From Eledone cirrhosa (taxonomy: Eukaryota), in contig OZ024743.1 of the NCBI GenBank assembly GCA_964016885.1, positions 235,476,001 through 235,540,000 of the forward strand: DNA of 64,000 bases, given 5' to 3'. The notes under the pieces were generated by a model. That model worked only from the letters and a program-made list of their open reading frames with translations. It made no database searches and was not told the DNA's origin. Both the position numbers and the translations under genes were made by a program. Position 1 is the stretch's first letter. Every line of letters begins with the position of its first letter. Shown here in pieces: positions 1 through 13,649 of this stretch.

Positions 1-950
1 TTCTCTACACCAATATGCTACCATTCTTCTACACCAATGTGCTACCATACCTCTATAATTATACTGTACCTCTCTATATATATCTAATATATCTGTACAC
101 CAATGTACTACCATACCTCACTACATCAATATGCTACCATACTTTAGTACACCAATGTGCTACCATGCTTCACTACACCAATGTGCTACCATACATCAGT
201 ACACCCATGTGCTACCATAACTCACTACACCAACAATGTCCTACCATACCCCAATACACCAATGTGTTACCATAGCTCAGTACACCAATTTCCTACCATA
301 GCTCACTACACCAATGTGCTACCATACCTCAGTACACCAATGTTCTACCATACCTCACTACACCAATCTGCTACCATATTTTAGTACACCAATGTGCTAC
401 CATACCTCACTACACCAATATGCTACCATACCTCATTACACCAATATGCTACCATACCTCTACAGCAATGAGCTACCGTACATCTACACCAATCTGATTC
501 CATACCTCATTACACCAATGTGCTACCATATTTCAGTACACCAATGTCCTACCATACTTCAGTACACCAATGTGCTCCCATATCTCAGTACAACAATGTG
601 CTACCATAGCTCACTACACCTATGTGTTATCATACCCCGCTACACCAATGTGCTACTATACTTCAATACACCAATGTGCTACCATACCCCAGTACACCAA
701 TGTGCTACCATACCTCACTACAACAAGGTGCTACCATACCTATACACCAATGTGCTACCATAACTCACTACACCAATGTCCTATCATACCTCACTACACC
801 AATGTCCTACCATACTTCTCTACACCAATGTGCTACCATACCTCTACACCAATGTGCTACCATACCTAACTACACCAATGTGCTACCATACCTCACTACA
901 TTAATGTGCTACCATACTTCACTACACCAATGTGCTACCATACTTCTATA
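1..950. repeat. Tandem satellite, ~21-26 bp unit (cactacaccaatgtgctaccatacct-like)
   Basis: The motif acaccaatgtgctaccata recurs throughout. ORFs here are repeat translations. Confidence 0.95.
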
Positions 951-1029
951 ACAGCACTGTTAAAGTAAAATTACTGAAACTATTGATAAATCAAACTGAT
1001 TAAAAATAAAGAAAAATAACTTTAGTTTT

Positions 1030-1254
1030 TTGGTGTTCATTATGTTGTTGTTGTTGGTGGTGTTGTTGTTGGTGGTGTTGTTGTTGGTGTTGGTGATGTT
1101 GTTGTTGTTGGTGGTGTTGTTGTTGTTGTTGGTGGTGGTGGTGTTGGTGTTGTTGTCGTTGTTGTTGTTGTTGGTGGTGGTGGTGGTGTTGTTGTTGTTT
1201 TTGGTATTGTTGTTGTTATTGTTGTTGGTGGTGGTGGTGTTGTTGTTGGTGTTG

Positions 1255-1286
<32 letters not shown>

Positions 1287-1474
1287 GTTGTTGTTGTTGT
1301 TAGTGTTGTTGTTGTTGGTGTTGGTGGTGGTGTTGTTGTTGTTGGTGGTGTGGTGGTGGTGGTGGTGGTGGTGGTGGTGTTATTGTTGGTGTTTTTTGTT
1401 GTTGTTGTAGGTGGCGGTTTTGGTGTTGTTGTTGTTGGTGGTGGTGGTGGTGTTGTTGTTGTTGGTGGTGGTGG

Positions 1475-1511
<37 letters not shown>

Positions 1512-1570
1512 ATTAGTGGTGGTATGGTGTTGGTGGTGACAGTGGTGGTGTTGGTGGTGGTGTTGGTAGT
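1030..1570. repeat. (GTT/GGT)n trinucleotide microsatellite
   Basis: Direct reading of the sequence. Confidence 0.95.
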
Positions 1571-2135
1571 ATCAATGACTACAATGATCCCGTATAGTCC
1601 ACACGTCATCTAATTAAGAGCCCCACTTCCTCCAACACTAAACAATCTGAAGGAGCTAATTATGAAGTCTCTATTATTTCTCTTTCACACCCCACAATAC
1701 ACTCTTTAATCAGTGGTACTCTATTGTACAGCTAACACATCCTACCCCTTAACACCCCATATATATATATATATACATATACCGAAACACACACACACAT
1801 ATACATATATATATATATATACACACACATATATATTTAATATCACCATCACAAACAACACAGCCGCCATCATACTACCATCATCATCACCACCACCACT
1901 ACCACCACCATTACCACCACCACCACCACCACCATCACCACCACCACCACCACCATCACCACCACCATTACCCCCACCCCCACCAGTACACCAAAACCAC
2001 CACCACCACCTCCACTACACCTATGACGTCATTACTACGTTATGTTCCTCCAAGGCCACCAAACCAGAGATGTAAACAGCAATCACTAGAGTCTCTTAAT
2101 GATGTTCTATCATTTCAACAAACCCCATAATACCT

Positions 2136-2363
2136 ATAATAATTGTTTCTACTTTTGGCACAAGGCCAGCAATTAACTAGTGTATTACTGGTACTTTATT
2201 TTATCGATCTAGTAAGGATGAAAGGCAAAGTTAGTCTCGGTGCGATTTGAACTCAGAATGGCAAGGGCCGTAACTCTTTGGTGCAAAGCATAGCGTCCGA
2301 CCCGCTACCGATACTGCCAATCATGGCGTCCGACCCTCTACCGATACTGCCAATCCACCGCCC
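2136..2363 (-). mobile_element. tRNA-derived SINE, family A, with duplicated 5' portion
   Basis: Minus strand has box A TGGCAGTATCGG, box B GAGTTCAAAT, central GCCTTTCATCCTTAC...GATAAAATAAAGTACCAGT and an (ATT)n tail. Confidence 0.85.
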
Positions 2364-2373
2364 TAATAATAAT

Positions 2374-2600
2374 AGTGGTTACAGTGTTGGATCACAACCA
2401 CGATATCATGAGTTCGATTTCTGAAACATGTGGCATGTTGTGTTCATGTTGTGTTCATGTTGTGTTCACGTTGTGTTCATGTTCTGTTCACGTTGTGTTC
2501 ACGTTGTGTTCACGTTGCTCCAGTCCACTCAGCTAGAACAAAGTGCCATGACGCTTGTGCCAAGCTGTCATGGCATTTAACTTGTTCGTGGCCTTCGCCT
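2374..2600 (+). mobile_element. Degenerate tRNA-derived SINE, family B, with internal (gttgtgttcac)n expansion
   Basis: B-box-like gagttcgattt followed by cacgttgctccagtccactcagct, which is shared with the copy at 34515-34787. Confidence 0.6.
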
Positions 2601-2697
2601 TGCTTTTGGACAAAATATGTCATTTGGTCATTCCATGAGAGTATCTTGGTCAGCCTATGAACTTTTCCGCCGGCCCTCGTATATAGATTTTGTATTC

Positions 2698-5200
2698 GGT
2701 CTATATAGAGGTCTAATGTATTATTGTTAGTGGTGTATGATCTATATAGAGTTCTAATGTAGTGTGTTAGTAGTGTATGGTCTATATAGAAGTCTAATGT
2801 AGTGTGGTAATGGTGTATGGTCTATATAGAGGTCTAATGTTGTGTGTTAATGGTGTATGGTCTATATAGAGGTCTAATGTAGTGTGTTAGTTGTGTATGG
2901 TCTATATAGAGGTCTAATGTAGTGTGTTAGTTGTGTATGGTCTATATAGAGGTCTAATGTAGTGTGTTAGTTGTGTATGGTCTATATAGAGGTCTAATGT
3001 AGTGTGTTAGTGGTGTATGGTCTATATAGAGGACTAATGTAGTAATGTTAGTAGTGTATGGTCTATAGAGAGGTCTAATGTTTTATTGTTAGTGATGTAT
3101 GGTCTATATAGAGTTCTAATATAGTATCTTAGTGGTGTATGGTCTATATAGAGGTCTAATGTAGTAATGTTAGTGGTGTATCGTCTATATAGAGGGCTAA
3201 TGTAGTGTGTTAATGGTGTATGGTCTATATAGAGGTTTAATGTAGTATTGTTAGTGATGTATGGTCTATACAGAGGTCTAATGTAGTATTGTTAGTGATG
3301 TATGGTCTATACAGAGGTCTAATGTAGTGTGTTAGTGGTGTATGGTCTATATAGAGGTCTAATGTAGTTATGTTAGTGGTGTATGGTCTATATAGATGTC
3401 TGATGAGTGTGTTAGTAGTGTATGGTCTATATATAGTTCTAATATAGTGTGTTAGTGGTGTATGGTCTATATAGAGGTCTAATGTACTTATGTTAGTGGT
3501 GTTTGGTCTATATAGAGGTCTAATATAGTAATGTTAGTGGTGTATGGTCTATATAGAGGTCTAACGTAGTAATGTTAGTGGTGTATGGTCTATATAGAAG
3601 TCTAATGTAGTGTATTAGTGGTGTATGGTCTATATAGACGTCTAATGTAGTGTGTTAGTGGTGTATGGTCTATATAGAAGTCTAATGTAGTGTGTTAGTG
3701 GTGTATGGTCTATATAGAGGTCTAATGTAATGTGGTAGTCGTGTATCGTCTATATAGAGGTCTAATGTAGTTATGTTAGTGGTGTATAGTCTATATAGAG
3801 GTGTAATGTAGTATGTTAGTGGTGTATGGTCTATTTAGAGGTCTAATATAGTGTGTTAGTGGTGTATGGTCTATATAGAGGTCCAATGTAGTAATGTTAG
3901 TGGTGTATGGTCTATATAGAGGTCTAATATAGTGTCTTAATGGTGTATGGTCTATATAGAGGTTTAATGCAGTAATCTTAGTGGTTTATTTTCTATATAG
4001 AGGTCTAATGTAGTGTTTTAATGCTGTATGGTCTATATAGAGTTCTAATGTTGTAACGTTAGTGGTGTATGATCTGTATAAAGGTCTAATGTAGTGTGTT
4101 AGTGGTGTATGGTCTATATAGATGTCTAATATAGTAATGTCAGTGGTGTATCGTCTATATAGAGGTCTAATGTAGTGTTTTAATGGTGTATGGTCTATAT
4201 AGAGGTCTAATGTAGTGTGTTAGTGGTGTATGCTCTATATTGAGGTCTAATGTAGTGTGTTAGTAGTGTGTTGTCTATATAGAGGTCTAATGTAATGTGG
4301 TAGTCGTGTATGGTCTATATAGAGGTCTAATGTAGTAATGTTAGTGGTGTATCGTCTATATAGAGGTCTAATGTAGTGTGGTAGTAGTGTATGGTCTATA
4401 TAGAGGTCTAATGTAGTGTGTTAGTGGTGTATTGTCTATATAGAGGTCTAATGTATTATTGTTAGTGGTGTATGCTCTATATAGAGGTCTATGGTAGTGT
4501 GTTAATGGTATATGGTCTATATAGATGTCTAACGTAGTGTGTTAATGGTCTATGGTCTTTATAGAGGTATAATGTAGTGTGTTAGTGGTGTATGGTCTAT
4601 ATAGAGGTCAAATGTAGTGTGTTAGTGGTATATGGTCTATATAGATGTCTAATCGAGTTATGTTAGTAGTGTTTCATCTATATAGATGTCTAATGTAGTG
4701 TGTTAGTGGCGTATGGTCTATATAGAGGTCTAATGTAGTAATGTTAGTAGTGTTTCGTCTATATTGAGGTCTAATGTAGTGTGTTAGTGGTGTATGGTCT
4801 ATATAGAGGTCTAATGTAGTAATGTTAGTGGTGTATGGTCTATATAGAGGTTTAATGTAGTAATGTTAGTGGTGGTTGGTCTATATAGAGGTCTAATGTA
4901 GTAATGTTAATGGTCTATGGTTTATACAGAGGTCTAATGTAGTGTGTTAATGGTGTATGGTCTATATAGGGGTCTAATGTAGTACTGTTAATTGTGTATG
5001 GTCTATACAGAGGTCTAATGTAGTGTGGTAGTGGTGTATGGTCTATATAGAGGTCTAATGTAGTGTGTTAGTGGTGTATGGTCTATATAGAGGTCTAATG
5101 TAATGTGTTAATGATGTATGGTCTATATCGAGGTCTAATGTAGTCATGTTAATGTTGTATGATCTATACAGAAGTTTAATGTAGTGTGTTAATAGTGTAT
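2698..5200. repeat. Satellite, ~40 bp unit ggtctatatagaggtctaatgtagtgtgttagtggtgtat
   Basis: About 60 tandem copies of 40-41 bp. Confidence 0.97.
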
Positions 5201-5204
5201 GTTT

Positions 5205-5770
5205 ACAACCACTACAACCACAGCTACACTACAACCACAACAACCACAGCTACACTACAACCACAACAACCACAGCTACACTACAGCCACAGCTACACTA
5301 CAACCACAACGACCACAGCTACACTACAACCACAACAACCACAGCTACACTACAACTTCAACAACCACAGCTACACTACAACCACTACAACCACAGCTTC
5401 ACTACAACTACAACCCTCACAGCTACACTACAACCACCATAGCTACACTACAAGCACAACAACCACAGCTACACTACAACCATCACAACCACAGATATAC
5501 AACAACCACAGCTACACTACAACGACAACAACCACAGCTACACTACAACCACTACAACCACAGCTTCACTACAACTACAACCCTCACAGCTACACTACAA
5601 CCACCATAGCTACACTACAAGCACAACAACCACAGCTACACTACAACCATCACAACCACAGATATACAACAACCACAGCTACACTACAACGACAACAACC
5701 ACAGCTACACTACAACCACCACAGCTACACTACAATCACTACAGCTACACTACATCCCAAACTATAACTA
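5205..5770. repeat. Minisatellite (acaaccacagctacactac-type)
   Basis: Tandem degenerate 21-27 bp units. Confidence 0.9.
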
Positions 5771-5919
5771 CATCTCTAATCATAGGACGGATGTTTAAAG
5801 TTACCAATTATGTCCAGTATTATATTTTACAATAAAATCTTACGAGACAGAATTTCAAAGTTTCGTCCTTACATGACTAACTAAATGGGATACATAAGTT
5901 TATATAAACTATGATGCAA

Positions 5920-5970
5920 TGTGTATATATATATATATGTGTATATATATATATATAAACACACACACAC

Positions 5971-6064
<94 letters not shown>

Positions 6065-6118
6065 ATAAACACACACATATATATAAACACACACATATAT
6101 ATAAACACATATATATAA

Positions 6119-6153
<35 letters not shown>

Positions 6154-6278
6154 AACACACACACATATACATATATAAACGCACACATATATATATATAA
6201 ATACACACATATATATATATAAACACACACACATATATATATGTATATATATATATATCTATATCTATAAACACACAC

Positions 6279-6309
<31 letters not shown>

Positions 6310-6310
6310 A

Positions 6311-6341
<31 letters not shown>

Positions 6342-6358
6342 AACATATATATATATAT
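5920..6358. repeat. Compound (TA)n/(CA)n microsatellite
   Basis: Direct reading of the sequence. Confidence 0.95.
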
Positions 6359-6456
6359 TTGTTCAATGAAAAAGAGTTAGTTGATTTATGATCAGCTGAC
6401 TTATATATAAAAAAGTTCAAGCACTCAACGGTATATGTTTAACCTGAGTTTTATTA

Positions 6457-6635
6457 TAATAATAATTGTTTCTACTTTTGGCACAAGGTCAGAAATTATC
6501 CAGTGTATTACTGGTACTTTATTTTATCGACCCCGTAAGGATGAAAGGCAAAGTTAACCTCGGCGGTATTTGAACTCAGACCATAAAGGGCCGTAACTCT
6601 TTTGCTTCAAAGCATGGCGTCCGACCCTCTACCCA
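6457..6635 (-). mobile_element. SINE family A
   Basis: Same consensus as 2136-2363, with (ATT)n tail. Confidence 0.85.
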
Positions 6636-6727
6636 TTTACAATACGAAATTCTTCGCGATTCGATTATGCTACGCCCACAAAGTCACTGAAAAAAATAGT
6701 GGCTCAATTGACCAGCCAGTAAGAAAC

Positions 6728-6732
6728 AAAAA
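6728..6732 (-). terminator. Pol III terminator (T5) of the tRNA-Arg gene
   Basis: TTTTT on the minus strand, about 8 nt downstream of the discriminator base. Confidence 0.7.
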
Positions 6733-6739
6733 TTACTAG

Positions 6740-6812
6740 TACCTCTGACGGGATTCGAACCCGCAATCCCCGGCTTAGGAGGGCGGTGCCTTATCCATTG
6801 GGCCACAGAGGC
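6740..6812 (-). tRNA. trnR-CCT: tRNA-Arg (anticodon CCT)
   Basis: Minus strand reads GCCTCTGTGGCCCAATGGATAAGGCACCGCCCTCCTAAGCCGGGGATTGCGGGTTCGAATCCCGTCAGAGGTA: 73 nt cloverleaf, loop CTCCTAA, intact A and B boxes, one C30:C40 mismatch in the anticodon stem. Confidence 0.93.
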
Positions 6813-7282
6813 GACAGTTTCTTTAGAGCAATTATTTTATTATACGTATTTCAAAGATGCAAGGCTTGTGTATAGCACAAGCCAAAACATGTTCACTAGA
6901 GATGTAGAAGTCATTTGATATGCAGGCGGTCAGACGAGCTGTTCAGATCTGTAGTCAACAAGCATATGAGATATAAAATCCTCAACACAGAAGGTATTAT
7001 ATGAGTGGGAGAAATATTACAGTTGGTTTTGACGTTTACAAACTGGCGAGAGTATGATGATACCAGATTTGTTGAAAAATAAAAACAAAAACAAATATTG
7101 ACTGTTAGTCTATTTATTTATAACTTAAGTTAGATTAAATTAGATACTATACTAAAAAATATATATTCGAAGATGCAAATTAATAATTTAACTATATAAT
7201 AAAGAAAAATTAAGAAATTATAAATTTCGTAGACAATTTATCGTAATTTAAGTAAACAATTTAATTTAGTAAATATTATTAG

Positions 7283-7700
7283 AGTGACAGGTGTCCTGTC
7301 TGGGACGTCACTGTTAGTGATTCTTTTGTTTTTTCCCACATCCTGGATGCTGCGGTTAGGACGAGAGCCACAGCTTCCGCAGCCGAGCGGAGTAAGACCC
7401 TCAAATACTGTGATCTGTCGGCCAGTATTTTCATTCTGTGGCTTTCGAGACGTTTGGGGAAGTCGGGCCGCTGACTGCGATGTTCCTCTCTTCACTGGCG
7501 GCTCGCCTAATAGAGGTAACTGGCGAATCTCGCAAGGGCGCTTGGTTGTTCCAGTGCATTAGCCTCGCCATCACCCGAGGTAACACTGCGAGTGTGCAGG
7601 CTTGCCTCAAATATCATTAGACGTTGCTGTCTTTTGCTCTGGTGTTGGCTCGGTTGTTCACCCCTTCCTTTACATTTTCTTTAATATTGCAACATTAAAG
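7283..7700 (+). mobile_element. 3' fragment of a CRE-like non-LTR retrotransposon (restriction-like endonuclease C-terminus)
   Basis: Frameshifted peptides VWDVTVSDSF...AAERSKTLKY and AFETFGEVGP...WLFQCISLAITRGNTASV match the CRE-clade RLE tail pattern. Confidence 0.75.
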
Positions 7701-7734
7701 GAATATATCCTTCTGAAAGAATCGCGAGCAATTT

Positions 7735-7826
7735 ATAATTGTTTCTACTTTAGGCACAAGGCCAGCAATTACGCAGTACATTACTGATACTTTATTTTAT
7801 TGACCCCGTAAGGATGAAAGGCAAAA
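7735..7826 (-). mobile_element. SINE family A, 3' half
   Basis: ttgtttctactttaggcacaaggccagc...gtaaggatgaaaggcaaa. Confidence 0.8.
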
Positions 7827-8354
7827 GCATGTGTAATGTTATTTATGTAAATATTTAAAATATATTTGTTATATTTATAATGTTATTTACGCATTTGTAA
7901 TGTTATTTTCATTCAATAAACAAGTGGAAACAATATCTAACAATTTGTTAACTTTTAACAGGCTAGGTTATCATTAAATGGGATTAATATATTGGTTCAA
8001 AAGAAAAGATTTATTTGTTCTGGCCTAATTATTTAGAACGAAAAATGCATGTATTATAGACTAATATGTCAATTTGTATTAACATTAATTCGTTTAAATA
8101 CTAATTAAAGTTAAAATAGATGTAAAAGTTATGATGAAGAAATATTATAATAATTGTTTTATTTAGCTTATTAACGATTTATAAACAAAAAAAGCAGAAA
8201 AACTATATATAAAGAAAGTTTTATATTATTTATTTAATAATCTATTAAATTTTATTTAAAATTTAATTAAATACCTTATGAAACGTTCTGCTAAACTTAT
8301 GAATAGAAAAACAGAAGATTTCCGAGCAATTATGTATTTATATATATAATTAAT

Positions 8355-8670
8355 TGCCTATTTTGAATGATGTGGAGAATCTCTGTGGTACAGAGGTCAC
8401 ATTCCTTAGATATAGATATATTTTCATAAAGCAAAGCACAAGAAAGGGAATATTCAATATTATTATTTTTAAGCGACCAAATAAATTCAGAGAGAGGCGT
8501 GCTAAATCTTTTATCTTTTCTTTTAAACGAGTTGTGATGGTTGTACCGCCTTTCTTTAAATTTAGAAGAAGTACCACCAATATAACTATAATTCCACTTT
8601 TGAAAAGCATAAGAACTGTGAAACCGGTAAAGGAAATAAATAGATATTCCTAAAAAGACTCCAGTTGAAT
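8355..8670 (-). pseudogene. Penelope-like GIY-YIG endonuclease remnant
   Basis: A minus frame not in the ORF track reads YIGGTSSKFKERRYNHHNSFKRKDKRFSTPLSEFIWSLKNNNIEYSL...KECDLCTTEILHII, which aligns by eye with the ORF at 35428-36252. It is flanked by (TA)n. Confidence 0.8.
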
Positions 8671-8684
8671 TTTTGATATCTTTT

Positions 8685-8730
<46 letters not shown>

Positions 8731-9656
8731 TAGTATAGTATAAATTAATACGTTTTCAAATACGAAAACAGATAATTGTTGGTGAAGAAGTTACAAAGCT
8801 AAAAAACACGAGATTTATCACAATAAACTGTACAACAGGCTACAAAATATTTCATACAAAGGTATCAAATGAACGTTTATGAATTCACGTGGAGCAGGAA
8901 ATAATTTGAAAAATAAAACCAAACACTGCTAACTATATCTTAATTTACATATGTTTCATCCTTAATATTAAGAGTTTAATGTTTTGTGCTGGTGACGATG
9001 GTAACGACGACTAGGATGATGATGATGGTAATGTTGATGTTGATGATGATGGTGATGGTGGAGGTAGCGATGCTGACGACAACGATGATTATGTCGATGG
9101 TGGTAGCATCCTCCTCCTCCTCCTCCTCCTGCTTCTCCTCCTCCTCCTCCTCCTCCTCATCATCATCATCATCATCATGGTCATCATGACACTGACGTTA
9201 TATAAGAACTAGTGTAATATAGACATGTAGTAATATAGACATGTAGTAATATAAAGTATGGTGCAATGTATTCCCTCCATCACAGTAAAGCTTGTAACAA
9301 CACTTGGCAACATTCCACAACTAGACAACAGTAGTGAAACAGATTTAATGGAATCTATCAAAGGAGATTATAACACTTTAAAGATTAGCAATAATTTAGC
9401 TAATTAATTTCATTCATCTAATTAATGAGATATATGAACTCAATAAATTGTATTCCTTTCGTTAAAATAAACAGCAATACAGTTGTTTTCCTTAATAATC
9501 TATCATTCATTTTCTATATGTAATCAACTTCCTTCATTAGTGTATTTCTCATGAAGTATCTTAGTTTGGAATTAATTAATGAAGAATTACTAAATATAGC
9601 ACTTATTTCATTAAGATGGTTTTTGTTACATAACTTAATAGAAAGATACTGCGTAT

Positions 9657-9826
9657 GTTCTTCTTCTCCTGCTTAATCCTGAGAGGGTCGTGGAGTCAGA
9701 ATCCTGTAACACACCTTCCAGAGGATCCTGTCAGAAGCAACCGTCTCCAATTGATCCGGCTGGATCCCCAAGTGTGATCAACCAAGCTCAAGTATGTTAT
9801 CCAACCATCTTGCTCAGGGTCTACGT
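9657..9826 (-). mobile_element. RTE-clade LINE 3' end fragment
   Basis: Minus translation RP*ARWLDNI...VASDRILWK resembles the RTE C-terminal GRPxxRWxD...DRxxW motif. It ends in an (AAG)n tail. Confidence 0.65.
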
Positions 9827-9908
9827 ATATCAACTATATTATTTTTAATGAAATATATTCCAGGTGAATTAATGAAAAATGTGCAGCGATTCACAAAAGA
9901 TATTAATC

Positions 9909-10119
9909 ATTTCATTAATATGGTTTTCGTAACATAACTTTAAAAATGGTTCTTACGTAAAATTGTTGAAAAATTTTAATTTATCTAGGAACATTTTGAA
10001 GTGGTTTTGTTACTTAAAACAACAGACAGTCTTGGCAAGGAGGGAATCAAGAGGCTTGCGAGAATAAAATACATGTTCCTTATTACAGCTGCACTGTATT
10101 GCAGTAATATATACATACA

Positions 10120-10168
<49 letters not shown>

Positions 10169-10661
10169 AATATAAATTACCGAGAATCGTATTTCAGCAC
10201 AGGAATTAACGAACATCAACATCGGATATGTATATAGATAGATAGATAGATAAATCTATCAAAATATACGGTAGTGTCCAATCCGTATGAAGAACTCAAT
10301 GTAATCCAAATATCATGGAAAGAGAAGATGCATTCAAAAATTTTCGATAAAAATCATAGGAAAACAGAGTCAAAATAAATTAATAAAAACAATGAAATAA
10401 AAACAAAGACCAAGTTCCTTATATTAAAAAAATCATCATTTTACGATCGTTTCTAGGATGTATATGTGTGTTGGTATGTATATCAGATAGATCTATGTAA
10501 AAATATTACAAATTATCAGAGGAAATATACATACCTTCACATATACAAGCCGTCCTCAAAAATGATCACTTTAAAATGTTCCTAGATAAATAAAAGTTTT
10601 TCAACAATTTTACGTAAGAACCATTTTTAAAGTTATGTTACGAAAACCATATTAATGAAAT
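9909..10661. repeat. ~95 bp inverted repeat pair enclosing ~560 bp (foldback or MITE-like)
   Basis: 9909-10005 is the near-perfect reverse complement of about 10565-10661. Confidence 0.75.
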
Positions 10662-10666
10662 ATATA

Positions 10667-10739
<73 letters not shown>

Positions 10740-10804
10740 AGTATATCTACTAACATATGCGTACAGATGTACGCTAATGCTAGCAAATACATAAGTTATG
10801 TCAT

Positions 10805-13615
10805 AGTATGACGACTAGAGTTTCCCCAAGTACGTCGTCTCTCTTCCCCTCCACTAATCCTCTATAGAACGCCGAGGTGGAGTTTCTACCGATCACATTG
10901 CCCGATTGGTCGAGGGCTGTGAGCGCCTGAAGACATTCCAGTCTCCAAGCACTCCCTCTCGGTCTTCGCTTGACACAGGACTGCAGCTCCGTCAAGGAAA
11001 CGAGCTGGGGAAAAAGGCGTCTAGCAAACGGCGACCACACCTGAGCACCGTCGAGGAAGAGGTGGAGATATCGTAGTCTGAGCGCGTGTCTGCGCATCAT
11101 CAGCCACGGCATGCCCAACCCTCCACGTAGCGGGTGTTGACAGCAGATAGACCGCCTGACCATCGGAGCGCGTCCCTTCCACAAAAAGCGAATGAGAAAA
11201 CGCTCCAGCGCAGTCAGGCGGGGCTTAGGACAAGGTACGACGGTGAGGCGGTAGTAGATGACGGACGCGATGTACGCGTTAGCCAGCTCCGCTCGACCTT
11301 TCAAGTATAGCTTCCTCTCCGCCCATTTCTGGGTGAGAGAAGCCAACCTGCTCGTCACCTCGTCCCAGTTTTTGTCCGTCTGGAGTTCCGGACCGAACCA
11401 GACCCCTAGCAATTTAACCGGTCCGTCCGTCTAGCGCCCGACGACGATGTTGGACGGCATGGACCTGCCTCTCCAGGTGCCGAGCTTCAGGCCCACTGAC
11501 TTTTCCTGGTTGATCATTGCTCCTGTCACCGCTTCGTATTCTCTTAGTGTAGTGCCGATCGCTTCGATGTGTTTGGCGTTCGACACCACTACGGTGACAT
11601 CGTCCGCATATGCTGACACGGATCTTCCGCATCCTAGTCCGCGCGGGAGCCCCCTCAACGTCTCCAGTTTGTGCAGTAATGGCTCGAGAGTCAATATGTA
11701 CAAGAGGGACGAGAGAGGACATCCTTGGCGGACCGAGCGCATGATGTTGAACGGTTCCGAAAGGTGACCGTTCACTCTCACCACAGAGCAGATGTCGCTG
11801 TGCATGGCGGCGATCCAGCCTCTGAAGACGGGCCCAAAGCCAGCCGCCTTCAGGACTGCCGCTAGGTAACGATGGTCGACCCTATCGAAAGCTTTCGACT
11901 GATCTAAATTGATCAAGGACCCACCCGTGCCAGGTTCCCTAGCTACCCTCTCTACGATGTATCGCATGAGGTGGAGGTTGTCGTGGATGGATCTGTCGGG
12001 AATGGCGCATGTCTGCGCCTCTCCCACCAGACCACCAACGACAAACGATAACCTCTTTGCTAGCACCTTGGCCAAAATCTTGAACTCTGTTATCTATGTT
12101 ATCCCCCTTGTTCGGATCCTTTCTCAGCAGTGCCACCGCTCCTCGGCTCACAGAACTGGGAATTCTCCTTTTCTGTTGCCAGTTGCAGTAGACGTCCGCC
12201 AAGAGGCCTCCAAACAAGTCTGGCATCTGTACGTAAAGTTCATAGGGCAGACGATCCAAACCAGGCGATTTGCCCTTTGTGCAACTAGTCATTGCCTCCC
12301 GTACTTCAGCGGCTGTTATCGGATTTTCGCAACACTCCGCCTCAGTGGCCGAGAGCCACGGCAGTCCGTCGAGATAGACACTAAAGTCTATCCCTCGATC
12401 CGGCCCGCCACTGCCCCCGAACAGCTGAGCGAAGTGTCGCTGAAAAGCTTCACACATTTTCCCGGGATCGAGTAGCATGCGCCCGTCGTGGTCCACCAAA
12501 GACCGGATCGTGGCTTTGTTGCCACGACGCGCCTCCGCCACTCGGGCCCATTGAACGGCTTTCGTCCCCTCGTGTCTGAGAGCACGCATCCTAGCTCTGA
12601 CAACGCAGCCTTCGTGCTTTGCATTGGAGAATTGGTCAAGGGCCAATTTCGCCGCAAGTCGGTCGCGATGCCTTTGCTAAGCGCCTCGTCTAATTTTCTA
12701 ACTAGTTCTCCCTCTGCTCTATTTTTCTCTATAGCTAAAGCCTTACTAAACCTAATCGCTCTTCCAGAGCAAACCACCACTTGTTGTTGACGATGGCCCC
12801 CGTCAACGCTCGCTTAACTAGTTGGCTAATCCGGTCTCTGGAGGCCTTGTGCTCTGGAAAGGACGCGTTTAGCTTCCAGTAACCGGGGCCTCGTCTCATA
12901 GGCCTATCTAAGTCAAGCACACAAATCACGAATTTGTGGTCCGTGTAGCTGACTATCTTGAATTGTGGACAGCCTATGCTAGACCTATCTATTTCCCTAC
13001 AAAATACTCTATCTAGATATGATCTGGATGACCCTATGCGGTTTGTCCAAGTCCACATTGGCACATTCGGGAAATCCAATCGGCACCTGTCAGACAGTTC
13101 AAAACGCCCGAGCAGGTTGGTGGGGATCTTGCACCCTCCTCCCCTATCCGCTAATCCCACACAGTCCCAGCGTGCATCTAAGATCCCGTTCCAGTCGCCC
13201 ACTCACACTAAAAAGCGGGACTTCCTAGAAAGGTCTCCAGACGCCGGAAGAAATCAGGCCGCCCTGCTCCTGTCGGGGCATTGACGGCCACTAGCCTGAA
13301 AGCTTGCCCGTCTCCGCTGGTCACGTCCAGCACCACCAACTTACCTTCTGGGTCCAGGAAGATGGCCCGTATGGCGAGATCCAAACCTCTCCGAAAAAGC
13401 ACAGCAACTCCTCCCCCCGATCCAGGACGGCTGGGAGATGCGTACACATCATACCCGCCGAAGATCGGTGCGAAGGCCCGTGCTTCGGAGATTCTGGTGT
13501 CGCTGATGGCCACTACAACTATGTTTAGTGACCTGAGGTCGTTGAGCAGGTGGCCTTGCTTCCATGACGACCCCAAGCCACGCGCATTTATGCTGCCTAT
13601 TCTGAGTGAGGTCAT
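10805..13615 (-). pseudogene. LINE ORF2 (AP endonuclease + reverse transcriptase), frameshifted
   Basis: SINARGL, GDWN, SYLDRV, TDHK and GYWKLN (APE); KSPGLD, DQSKAFDRV, RQGCPLS and YADD (RT). Confidence 0.93.
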
Positions 13616-13649
13616 GTTGAAATGGAGTGGAAAAGATGAGAAAGACCAC

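Noticed and set aside
1030-1613. Mucin-like or hydrophobic ORFs
   Set aside because: GTT/GGT microsatellite.
2698-5200. Regular 40 bp periodicity suggesting a CRISPR array
   Set aside because: Whole units repeat with no unique spacers, no cas genes are present, and the context is eukaryotic.
8350-8653. ORFs 8350-8610(-) and 8354-8653(+) as genes
   Set aside because: Shadow frames of a GIY-YIG remnant in a different minus frame.
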